Positions 47,175 to 55,253 of a stretch of DNA of 64,000 nucleotides are shown in pieces. Every line of letters begins with the position of its first letter. Positions within the stretch are counted from its first letter, which is position 1. Made by a program: the position numbers and the translations under genes. Origin of the DNA: Alphaproteobacteria bacterium (GTDB lineage Bacteria > Pseudomonadota > Alphaproteobacteria > SHVZ01); NCBI GenBank assembly GCA_016869375.1, contig VGEH01000001.1, positions 18,669 through 82,668 on the forward strand, written 5' to 3'. The notes below the pieces were generated by a model. It was not told the DNA's origin. It worked only from the letters and a program-made list of their open reading frames with translations, and did no database searches.

Positions 47175-48427
47175 TCCTTCAGGGACCGGCCCTTGGCCTT
47201 GGCGAGCTCGGATGCGTCCGGCACCGCGGCGCTGTAGTAGCCGGCCGCCTTCTTCGCATCCATCTCGACGCTCGCATCGGCGGGGATCAGCGCCTCGGGG
47301 ATCGGCACGCGCTCGACCACCTCGATGCCGCTTCTGACCAGCGGCTCGTACTTCATGTCGCTCATCGAGCAGAAGCGGTCGATGCGCGTGACGCCGAGCC
47401 AGTGCAGCACGTCGGGCGCCAGCTCCTGGAAGCGCATGTCCTGCACGCCGGCGACGCATTCGGTGCGCTCGAAGTAGGTCGCGGCGCGGTCGCCGCCCTC
47501 CTGGCGCTTCCTCGCGTTGTAGACGAGGAACTTGGTGACCTCGCCCAACGCACGGCCTTCCTTCCTGTTGTAGACGACGATGCCGGCGCCGCCCTGCTGC
47601 GCCGTCTCGATGCAGACCTCGATGCCATGGGCGAGATAGGGCCGGCAGGTGCAGATGTCGGACCCGAAGACGTCGGAGCCGTTGCACTCGTCATGGATGC
47701 GGCAGGCGACCTTCTTCTCCGGATCGGTCAAGGCCGCGACCTCGCCGATGAGATAGATCGTGTGGCCGCCGATCGGCGGCAGGAAGACCTTCAGGTCCGA
47801 GCGCGTCACCAGCTCGGGAAACATGCCGCCGGTGTACTCGAACAGCGAGCGGCGGAGCTGGCTCTCGTTCACCTGGAAGCGCTCGGCGATGCCGGGGAGA
47901 TACCAGACCGGCTCGATCGCGATCTTGGTCACGCGCACATCGCCGCTCTTGAGCAGGACATCGCCGTCCGGCTTGAGGCGGCCGGCGCTCATCGCCTCAC
48001 GCAGCTCCGGCAGGTTGATGCGTGCCTTGGTCACCGCGATGGTCGGGCGGATGTCCCATCCGGCCTTGAGGCGATCGGCGAAGACCTCGGCGACCATGTG
48101 GCCCCAGGGGTCGAGCGAGACGATGCGCTTGGGATCGGCCCATTGCGGATGCGGCCCGATCGGCTCGGCCGGCGCGGTGTTGGTGAGATCCGGCACATGC
48201 ATCGAGCTCAGCCGGCCCGAGGCGATGGCGAGCGCGCGGTAGAGCGCGTAGGCGCCGGCATGGGCGCCGATCACGTTGCGGTGCTTCGGTTCCGTGGTGG
48301 TGGCGACGACCGGCCCGCGCGTCGCGGCATCGGCGGCACCCCATTTGATCGGCACCGGCTTGGTCCCGCTCCCGCCCGGGTGCGAGGTCAGGACAATGTG
48401 GCCGGGGGCTTTGTTCGGGCCGGGCAT
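47171..48427 (-). CDS. GTP cyclohydrolase II-family protein (URC1-like paralogue, not RibA)
   Basis: 418 aa. GCHII zinc/active-site pattern VACRIHDECNGSDVFGSDICTCRPYL, plus a ~200-aa N-terminal extension not found in RibA. Confidence 0.75.
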   Translation of the reverse strand: MPGPNKAPGHIVLTSHPGGSGTKPVPIKWGAADAATRGPVVATTTEPKHRNVIGAHAGAYALYRALAIASGRLSSMHVPDLTNTAPAEPIGPHPQWADPKRIVSLDPWGHMVAEVFADRLKAGWDIRPTIAVTKARINLPELREAMSAGRLKPDGDVLLKSGDVRVTKIAIEPVWYLPGIAERFQVNESQLRRSLFEYTGGMFPELVTRSDLKVFLPPIGGHTIYLIGEVAALTDPEKKVACRIHDECNGSDVFGSDICTCRPYLAHGIEVCIETAQQGGAGIVVYNRKEGRALGEVTKFLVYNARKRQEGGDRAATYFERTECVAGVQDMRFQELAPDVLHWLGVTRIDRFCSMSDMKYEPLVRSGIEVVERVPIPEALIPADASVEMDAKKAAGYYSAAVPDASELAKAKGRSLKE

Positions 48428-48439
48428 GCGCCGACTGTA

Positions 48440-50014
48440 CTACTTCAGCCGCACCCAGCGGAGATCGACGTCGTTCCAGGGACGCGGCTTGATGTCGGCG
48501 ACGGTCGGGCGCACGCCCCAGGCCAGCACCTGCTGGTGCAGCGGGATGTGGCCGACATCCTGCTGATGGATGGCGAGCGCCTGGCCAATCAAGTGGCGGC
48601 GCTGCACCGGGTCCTGCTCCTGGGCGGCCTTCTTCGCCAGGATGTCGATCTTGGTGTTCGAGTAGCGGCCGAAATTGGCGCCGCCGCCCGATCCCATCAC
48701 CGAGTTGAGCGCGGCGAGGCCGTCGAAGGTCGGCGGCGTCCATCCCAGGATGAAGAAGGAGGTGTTGTTGCCCCCCCGCGCGCTCGCCTTCTCGAAATAC
48801 TCCGCGCGCGGCTGGACGTTCAGCTTCACGGTGATGCGGATTCGCGCCAGCATCAGCGCGACGCGCCGGCAGATCGCCTCGTCATTGTCGTAGCGGTCAT
48901 TGGTGCAGTCGAGCGTCACCGGGAAGCCGTTGGCGTATCCGGCCTGGGCCAGCAGCGCCGAGGCGCCGTCGGGATCGTAGGCGGCAGGCTTGTCGAGCTC
49001 GCCGGAATAGCCCTCGATGCCGGGGGCGATCATCGAGCCGGTCGGGCGCGAGAGACCGCGCATCACGTCGGTGTGGAGGGCTTCAAGGTTGATCGCCTTT
49101 CGGAAGGCTTCGCGCACGCGGCGGTCCTTGAAAGGGTTGCGCCCCTTGCCCTTCAGGTCGAGCGACTCGTCGCGGAAGCTGTCGAAGCCCAAGAACACCG
49201 TGCGCAGGTCGGGGCCGGTGATGACGCGGATTCCGGCCTGCTCGAGGCGCTGCACCTCATGCGCATGGACCGGGTAGGCCATGTCGATCTCGCCGTAGAG
49301 CAGCGATTGCATCCGCGCCTCGGCGTTGGGGATCGGGCGGAAGACCGCGCGGGAGAGATTGTGCTCCGGCTTGCCCCACCAGCCGGGATAGGGCTCGACC
49401 GCGGTGTAGAGGCCGGGAATCCGGCGGACCAGCTTGAACGGTCCGGTGCCGTTGGCGTTGCCATTGGCGTATGTGGCGGCATTGGAGCCGCGCAGCACAT
49501 GCTCGGTGCCGTTCCCCTCGAGCCAGCGCTTGCACATGATGAGGAAGACCGGCAGGCCCTGGTCGAGCGTCGCATCCGGCTGCTTGGTGACGATGTCGAT
49601 CTCGTAATCGTCGTTCTTGCGCATCTCGCGGATCGACGCCACCGCCGAGCGATAGGCCGACTGGTCATGCCTGATGCGCGCGTATGAGGCGATCACGTCG
49701 TCGGCGGTGAAGGGCGTGCCGTCATGGAAGGTGACGCCGGCGCGGAGCTTGAAGCGCCAGACATCCGGCGCCGCCCGCACCCATTCGGTAGCGAGTCCGG
49801 CCTCGAGCGCCATGTCGTGGCGGCGGATGAGCAACCCCTCATAGAGGTTGCCCTTCATGGCATTGGTGATGCCGTCATTGTTGATGTAAGGGTCGAGCCC
49901 GAGCAGGTCGGCGCTGGCGGCATAGCGGAAGGTCGCCGCCTCCGCCGCCGGAAGCACCGTCAACAAGGCCCCCGTCAGGCCCAGAAGCGCCCAGCCCGCG
50001 ATCCTGGTCTTCAC
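48440..50014 (-). CDS. ABC transporter substrate-binding protein, family 5 (paralogue 2)
   Basis: 524 aa with a signal peptide (MKTRIAGWALLGLTGALLTVLPAAEA). Paralogue of 43545..45119. Confidence 0.85.
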   Translation of the reverse strand: MKTRIAGWALLGLTGALLTVLPAAEAATFRYAASADLLGLDPYINNDGITNAMKGNLYEGLLIRRHDMALEAGLATEWVRAAPDVWRFKLRAGVTFHDGTPFTADDVIASYARIRHDQSAYRSAVASIREMRKNDDYEIDIVTKQPDATLDQGLPVFLIMCKRWLEGNGTEHVLRGSNAATYANGNANGTGPFKLVRRIPGLYTAVEPYPGWWGKPEHNLSRAVFRPIPNAEARMQSLLYGEIDMAYPVHAHEVQRLEQAGIRVITGPDLRTVFLGFDSFRDESLDLKGKGRNPFKDRRVREAFRKAINLEALHTDVMRGLSRPTGSMIAPGIEGYSGELDKPAAYDPDGASALLAQAGYANGFPVTLDCTNDRYDNDEAICRRVALMLARIRITVKLNVQPRAEYFEKASARGGNNTSFFILGWTPPTFDGLAALNSVMGSGGGANFGRYSNTKIDILAKKAAQEQDPVQRRHLIGQALAIHQQDVGHIPLHQQVLAWGVRPTVADIKPRPWNDVDLRWVRLK

Positions 50015-50121
50015 GCGCGGATTGGTAACCTCAGGAAATGGTTAAGGTCAAATCCCTGGCGTTGCAGCCTTTCCATCGTCCAAGCTGTTAAGGCACCTGG
50101 ATACCTACCCCAAGAACCCCC

Positions 50122-51681
50122 ATGCCCGCCGTCCGCAACATCCTGTTCATCATGTGCGACCAGCTCCGGCACGACTATCTGTCGTGCACCGGGCACCCGT
50201 ATCTGGAGACCCCGCATATCGACGCGCTGGCGGGGCGCGGGGTGTTGTTCCGCAACGCCTTTTGCACCTCGGCGGTATGCGGGCCGTCGCGCATGTCCTT
50301 CTATACGGGGCGATATGCGCTGACCCATGGCGCGACCTGGAACGGCGTGCCGCTGCCGGTGGGCGAGGCGACGCTGGGCGACTATCTCCGGCCGCTCGGC
50401 CTCCGGGTCGCACTCGCCGGCAAGACGCATTTCGCCCCCGACATCGAAGGCATGAAGAGACTCGGGCTCGACCCCGCCTCCTCCGACACGGTGTTTCTGC
50501 GCGAGGGCGGCTTCGAGCCCTTCGACCGCCATGAGGGGCATGTGCGGCCGCCAGCGGATTCTCTCTACATGCGCTACCTCAAGGCCCGATATCCGGGCGA
50601 GGATCCGTGGTCGGAATACGTGGTCGGCGTCGAGGGGCCGGGCGGCGAGGTCGAGGATGGCTGGCTGATCCGAAACGCGCATCGGCCGGCGCGGGTGAAG
50701 GAAGCGGATTCCGAGACCGCCTACATGACCGATCGCGCCATGGCCTTCATCCGCGAGCAGGGCGACAAGCCCTGGTGCCTGCACCTCTCCTACATCAAGC
50801 CGCACTGGCCCTATCTCGCGCCCGCGCCCTATCACGCCCTTTACCCGCCGGAGACGCATCTGAAGCTGGCACGCCGGAAGCACGAGCTGAAGGACGCGCA
50901 TCCCGTCGTCGCCGCCTATCGCCGCACCGACGAGGGGCTGAGCTTCGAGCGCGAGGAGGTCGCGCGCAACGCGACGCAGGCGTACATGGGGTTGGTCAAG
51001 CAGATCGACGACCACATCGGCCGCCTCACCCAGTTCCTGGAAGAAAGCGGCCGGCTCGCCGACACCATGATCGTGTTCACCTCCGACCACGGCGATTTCC
51101 TCGGCGATCATTGGCTCGGCGAGAAGGAGCTGTTCTACGACCAGGCGGTCCGCATCCCGCTGATCGTCTACGACCCCGACCACGCCTCGACGGCGCGCAA
51201 GCGCCGCGTCGACGACCGCTTCGTCGAGGCGATCGACCTGCTGCCCACATTCATCGAGGCGCTGGGCGGCACCGTGCCGACGCAGACGATCGAGGGCACC
51301 TCCCTCCTCCATCACCTGCGCGGCGGCCCGGTGCAGGAGAAGGACGCGGTCTTCGCCGAGCTCGACTATGGCTTCCGCCGCGCGCGCAAGGTGCTCGGCC
51401 GCAGCCCGCAAGGCTGCCGCGGATTCATGGTGCGCACGGCACGCTGGAAATACGTCGAATGGCCCGGCTTCGCCCCGCAGCTCTTCGACCTGGAAAACGA
51501 CCCCGGCGAGTACCAGGACCTAGGCGGCGACGCCGGCAAGGCGCGCGTGCGCCGCGAGATGAAGGAACGCCTGTTCGACTGGATGACCTGCCGCAAGACC
51601 GGCCCGAACCAGGCCGACGAGAAGATCGAAGCCGGCACCGATACGCATCGCTCGCGGGGGATTCACATCGGGGTGTGGTGA
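50122..51681 (+). CDS. sulfatase-family hydrolase (cytoplasmic, Cys-type)
   Basis: 519 aa. MCDQLRHD and the C-X-P-S-R motif SAVCGPSRMSFYTGRY. No signal peptide. Confidence 0.85.
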   Translation: MPAVRNILFIMCDQLRHDYLSCTGHPYLETPHIDALAGRGVLFRNAFCTSAVCGPSRMSFYTGRYALTHGATWNGVPLPVGEATLGDYLRPLGLRVALAGKTHFAPDIEGMKRLGLDPASSDTVFLREGGFEPFDRHEGHVRPPADSLYMRYLKARYPGEDPWSEYVVGVEGPGGEVEDGWLIRNAHRPARVKEADSETAYMTDRAMAFIREQGDKPWCLHLSYIKPHWPYLAPAPYHALYPPETHLKLARRKHELKDAHPVVAAYRRTDEGLSFEREEVARNATQAYMGLVKQIDDHIGRLTQFLEESGRLADTMIVFTSDHGDFLGDHWLGEKELFYDQAVRIPLIVYDPDHASTARKRRVDDRFVEAIDLLPTFIEALGGTVPTQTIEGTSLLHHLRGGPVQEKDAVFAELDYGFRRARKVLGRSPQGCRGFMVRTARWKYVEWPGFAPQLFDLENDPGEYQDLGGDAGKARVRREMKERLFDWMTCRKTGPNQADEKIEAGTDTHRSRGIHIGVW

Positions 51682-51699
51682 GGGAGGGCTTCCTTCCGG

Positions 51700-51777
51700 C
51701 TAGAGCCCGTCGAGTATCGACTTCCGCTTCTCCTCATACTCCGCCTGGCTGATGAGCTTCCGGTCGTAGTGACACGC
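51700..51777 (-). pseudogene. SHOCT-domain gene remnant (25 codons)
   Basis: Minus-strand frame reads ACHYDRKLISQAEYEEKRKSILDGL*, a typical SHOCT C-terminal motif, bounded upstream by an in-frame stop. AT-rich surroundings include the 12-bp palindrome tagggatcccta. Confidence 0.3.
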
Positions 51778-51881
51778 CTAGGGATCCCTAAAAAGACTAA
51801 AGGTCTATCGCCGCACAATGACTGATGATCTGCCTCGCCGCGCCGGTCGTAGATGCTGAGCACGCGCGGAGAACGAGGACG

Positions 51882-52292
51882 ATGAAACCCTGGCTCGCCA
51901 CATATCTCGCTACCGGCTTGGTCCTCCTTGCCGGCGATGTGCTGTGGCTCTCGACCATGACCGGGATCCTCTACCGGCCGGCGCTCGGCGCGCTGATGGC
52001 GGAGCAGCCCGATCTCGTGGCCGCCGCGCTCTTCTATCTCGTCTATGTCTTCGGCATCGTGTTCTTCGCCGTCGCGCCGGCGCTGGCGTCGGGCCGGTGG
52101 TCCGCCGCGCTCGCCCGTGGCGCCGCGCTCGGCCTCGTCGCCTATGGCACCTACGACCTCACCAACCAGGCGACGCTCCGCGGCTGGCCCGTCCTCGTCA
52201 CCGTCGTCGACATCGCCTGGGGCGTCGTGCTCACGGCCGCCGCGGCCATCGCCGGATATCTCGCCGGGCGCGCGGCGGCGCGGACGTCCTGA
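51882..52292 (+). CDS. DUF2177 family membrane protein
   Basis: 136 aa with 4 TM helices (MKPWLATYLATGLVLLAGDVLWLSTMTGILYRPALG...). Confidence 0.65.
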   Translation: MKPWLATYLATGLVLLAGDVLWLSTMTGILYRPALGALMAEQPDLVAAALFYLVYVFGIVFFAVAPALASGRWSAALARGAALGLVAYGTYDLTNQATLRGWPVLVTVVDIAWGVVLTAAAAIAGYLAGRAAARTS

Positions 52293-52334
52293 TGCTATGA
52301 TCGGCGCCCATCGGCTTCACGGCACGGATAGACC

Positions 52335-52748
52335 ATGCCTCTCGACGATCAGAACTGGGGCGGCGGCGGACCGAGGCGGGCGCCGTCGAAGAACGTGCTC
52401 GGCGGCAAGCTCGAGGATTGCTCGCTTTCGCCCGTGACCGGTTTCTTCCGCAACGGCTGCTGCGACACCTCGGCCCAGGATGTCGGCAGCCACACGGTGT
52501 GCTGCGTCACCACCGAGGAGTTCCTCAGCTACTCCAGGCGCGTCGGCAACGATCTCTCGACGCCGTTTCCCGAGTACGGGTTTCCGGGATTGAAGCCCGG
52601 CGACCGCTGGTGCCTCTGCGCGCCGCGCTGGCAGCAGGCGCTCGAAGCCGGCATGGCGCCCAAGGTCGTGCTGCGCGCCACGCATGAAGGCGCGCTCGCC
52701 TATTGCGCGCTCGAGGACCTGAAGAAATACGCGATCGACCTGGCGTGA
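52335..52748 (+). CDS. DUF2237 family protein
   Basis: 137 aa with conserved Cys pairs (GFFRNGCCDT...HTVCCV...WCLCAPRW). Confidence 0.7.
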   Translation: MPLDDQNWGGGGPRRAPSKNVLGGKLEDCSLSPVTGFFRNGCCDTSAQDVGSHTVCCVTTEEFLSYSRRVGNDLSTPFPEYGFPGLKPGDRWCLCAPRWQQALEAGMAPKVVLRATHEGALAYCALEDLKKYAIDLA

Positions 52749-52761
52749 CGCCGCCCGATCG

Positions 52762-52959
52762 CTAGTCGATCTTCAGGCCGGCCTGCTCGAGCTTCAGGCT
52801 CGGAAGGTCCGTTTCCCCACGCGGACCGATGATGCGCACGGTGCGGCGACCGTCCGTCAGCATCCTCTCCGCCTTCTCGATCGCTTCGGCGCGCGTCAGA
52901 TCCTCGTAGATCCGCGCCTGGGAGCCGCTTCCGTGGATGACCGTGTAGCTCATGCCCAA
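52762..52959 (-). CDS. hypothetical small protein (65 aa)
   Basis: MGMSYTVIHGSGSQARIYEDLTRAEAIEKAERMLTDGRRTVRIIGPRGETDLPSLKLEQAGLKID. High GC3 and no overlap with other genes. No family recognised. Confidence 0.4.
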   Translation of the reverse strand: MGMSYTVIHGSGSQARIYEDLTRAEAIEKAERMLTDGRRTVRIIGPRGETDLPSLKLEQAGLKID

Positions 52960-53096
52960 CCCCGCTCTCCGCCGAGCATCGGGACAGCGAGCGCCAGGGT
53001 CAATCTAAACCAAGGTTAACGGCGGACAGATTGGCGTGAAGCCGCGCAGGAGTTCGGCTACCGTCGACGCGTCCGTTCCCCTTCTGGAGACAAGGC

Positions 53097-53564
53097 ATGG
53101 CCGACATCGGCAAACCGGCACCCGAGTTCAAACTCAAATCCCATGAAGGCAAGGACGTCGCCTTGAGCGACTTCCGTGGCTCGAAATGGGTCGTGATCTC
53201 GGCATACCCCTTCGCCTTCACCGGTGGGTGAAGCAATCAGACCTCTACTTTCAACCGTGCGTTGAAGCAATTCGATGAGCGTGGTGCCCAGCTTCTGGGC
53301 CTGTCGTGCGATACCCATCATGCCCTTCGCGTCTGGGCGGCCGCCCTCGGCGGCATCGGGTATCCGCTGTTGTCCGATCACTGTCCGCAGGGGAAGACGG
53401 CGCAAGGCCTCGGCATCCTGAATGCCGAGGGCGGCTATCCCGCGCGGTCGGTGACGGTGATCGACCCGCAGGGAATCGTGCGCGCTTTCCACACCTACCC
53501 GCCTGGCCAGCTGCCGGTGCCGGGCGAGGTGCTGGCGGAGCTCGTCAGCCTGCAGGGTAAGTAA
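53097..53564 (+). CDS. peroxiredoxin with in-frame TGA at the peroxidatic-Cys position (candidate selenoprotein; otherwise a TGA-disrupted pseudogene)
   Basis: ATG 53097 with a GGAGA RBS. Reads MADIGKPAPEFKLKSHEGKDVALSDFRGSKWVVISAYPFAFTGG-TGA(53229-53231)-SNQTSTFNRALKQFDERGAQLLGLSCDTHHALRVWAA...VIDPQGIVRAFHTY... The TGA falls exactly on the C of the universal Prx motif P-x3-T-x2-C, and the frame is open and Prx-like on both sides. The ORF track splits it into 53097..53231 and 53262..53564. Confidence 0.55.
53249..53267 (+). ncRNA. candidate bacterial SECIS-like hairpin downstream of the in-frame UGA
   Basis: tttcaa-ccgtgcg-ttgaag: 6-bp stem (including G.U) and a 7-nt loop containing GU, with the loop 26-32 nt after the U of UGA. 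Weak; needs covariance-model confirmation. Confidence 0.25.
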
Positions 53565-53603
53565 GCCTAGAGAGATCCCGTCGAGCGAAGCGCTCGGCGG
53601 GAT

Positions 53604-55088
53604 CTACCACCCCTTCTCCTTCTCCAGCGGATAGATCGGCACGCGGCGGTGCTTGTAGGTGAAGGTGGTGAGGTCCGCCGTGGTGACGCCCGGCGTTCCC
53701 ATCCAGATCATCTCCTTGGCGATCGGCTCCATCGCCGGTCGTGGGGAGTGCACGCCCTTGGCGACGATGACCTTCTGGTCCTTGGGCTCGATGCCGAGGG
53801 CGCGGAACTGCTGCAGGCTGGAGGAGCCGGCGCCGTAGGTCGTCAGCACGATGGTCCAGCCGTCGTCGGTCGCGATCGCCGCGCTCGGCCCGTCGTTGAA
53901 GAAGCGGAAACCGCCATGGACGGGCCCGGTCTCCTCGTAGCGGCCATCGGTGAGCGCGGTGACCTTGCCCTTGATCGCGAAGGGCTTGCCGTGGCGCCCG
54001 TCGATCTTGCCGCCGACGGCGAGATCGATGCGGCCGCCGACACCGGCGGCCTGGCACGCCTTCACGCCTTCGGGATCGCAGAGCGCCTGCAGCACGCCGG
54101 GCACCTTGAGCCGGCGTGCGGCGTGCAGGACCAAGGTCGAGTCGGCCGGGCTGCCGCCGCCGACATTGTCGCCGACATCGAACAGCACCACCGGGTTCAC
54201 GTTCGCGGCCCGGGCGCGCATCAGCGCCTCGTCGACCGGCGTGCCGCCGGTGTTGAGCGCGGCGCGCATCGACCAGGCGGCGTCGGAGAGCGTCCTGGCG
54301 ATCTCGTTGGCGAGCGCCTGGTTGTTGTCGGTGACGGCGATGAAGGACATGCCCATCTCGGCGACGTCGGCATAGGGATAGCCTTCCACCACGCTGACCG
54401 AGAGCACGCCTGGGCGCCGGCGCTGCTCGTCGGCGAGGCGGATGAGGTCCGACATCGGCCTGTCGCTGGTGCCCTGGTTCAGGATGTTGACCAGCAGCGG
54501 CGGCGTCTCCAGCGCCGTCGTCGGCCTGATCTTGCCGCGCACCATGTCGAGCACGAGGCGCGCGCAGAGCTCGGCCTGCTCCTTGGTGTCGATATGCGGG
54601 TTGGTCTGGTAGACGGTGGTGATGTCCGCGTTCTCGATCATCTGGCGCGAGATGTTCGCGTGCATGTCGAGGGCGACGCCGATCGGGACCTTAGGCCCGA
54701 CCGTCTCGCGCACGCGGCGGATCAGCTCGCCATCCGCATCCGGCCAGGTCTCCGAGACCGCGGCGCCATGCTGGGGCAGCAGCACCGCGTCCCACGGCCC
54801 GTTGTCGCGGATGCCCGAGATGATGCGGTCCATGAAGTAGCGGATGGCCTCGTCGGTGATCGCCGCCATCGGCGTCAGCCTGGCGAAGAACAGCGGCACC
54901 AGCTCGACCTCGGGATCCGCATCGGCGACGGCGAAGAAGCCGGAGAGCGTCGCCTTCGACTCGGCGTATTCCTTGCGGAGCTGATCGCCTTCGAGGATGC
55001 CTGCCCGGCGGAACTTGTCCAGGCTGGCCGGGACCGTGGAGAAGGTGTTCGACTCGTGCATGAAGCCGGCGGTGGCGATGCGGATCAT
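53604..55088 (-). CDS. M81-family metallopeptidase (MlrC/microcystinase C-like)
   Basis: Start at ATG 55088 (MIRIATAGFMHESNTF..), typical of the M81/MlrC N-terminus. 494 aa. Confidence 0.85.
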   Translation of the reverse strand: MIRIATAGFMHESNTFSTVPASLDKFRRAGILEGDQLRKEYAESKATLSGFFAVADADPEVELVPLFFARLTPMAAITDEAIRYFMDRIISGIRDNGPWDAVLLPQHGAAVSETWPDADGELIRRVRETVGPKVPIGVALDMHANISRQMIENADITTVYQTNPHIDTKEQAELCARLVLDMVRGKIRPTTALETPPLLVNILNQGTSDRPMSDLIRLADEQRRRPGVLSVSVVEGYPYADVAEMGMSFIAVTDNNQALANEIARTLSDAAWSMRAALNTGGTPVDEALMRARAANVNPVVLFDVGDNVGGGSPADSTLVLHAARRLKVPGVLQALCDPEGVKACQAAGVGGRIDLAVGGKIDGRHGKPFAIKGKVTALTDGRYEETGPVHGGFRFFNDGPSAAIATDDGWTIVLTTYGAGSSSLQQFRALGIEPKDQKVIVAKGVHSPRPAMEPIAKEMIWMGTPGVTTADLTTFTYKHRRVPIYPLEKEKGW

Positions 55089-55253
55089 TCCAGAAACCCC
55101 GATTGCGCGTGCCGCAGATTGCCGCACGGCCGCCCCGGCCTCCTAGCGCTACGGTCTTCAGGCGAAACCCGGATTTCATCTCTCGCGACTGCGAGTTGCC
55201 GAGACGGCGCCGACGGCTAACCTAGGCGCATCCAGGATCAGAGGAGCCCATCC

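Noticed and set aside
53097-53564. Treating the peroxiredoxin simply as two separate ORFs (53097..53231 and 53262..53564)
   Set aside because: The second ORF would begin at a TTG inside a single contiguous Prx fold, and the N-terminal piece stops exactly at the catalytic Cys codon position. A single Sec-readthrough or pseudogene interpretation fits far better than two independent genes.
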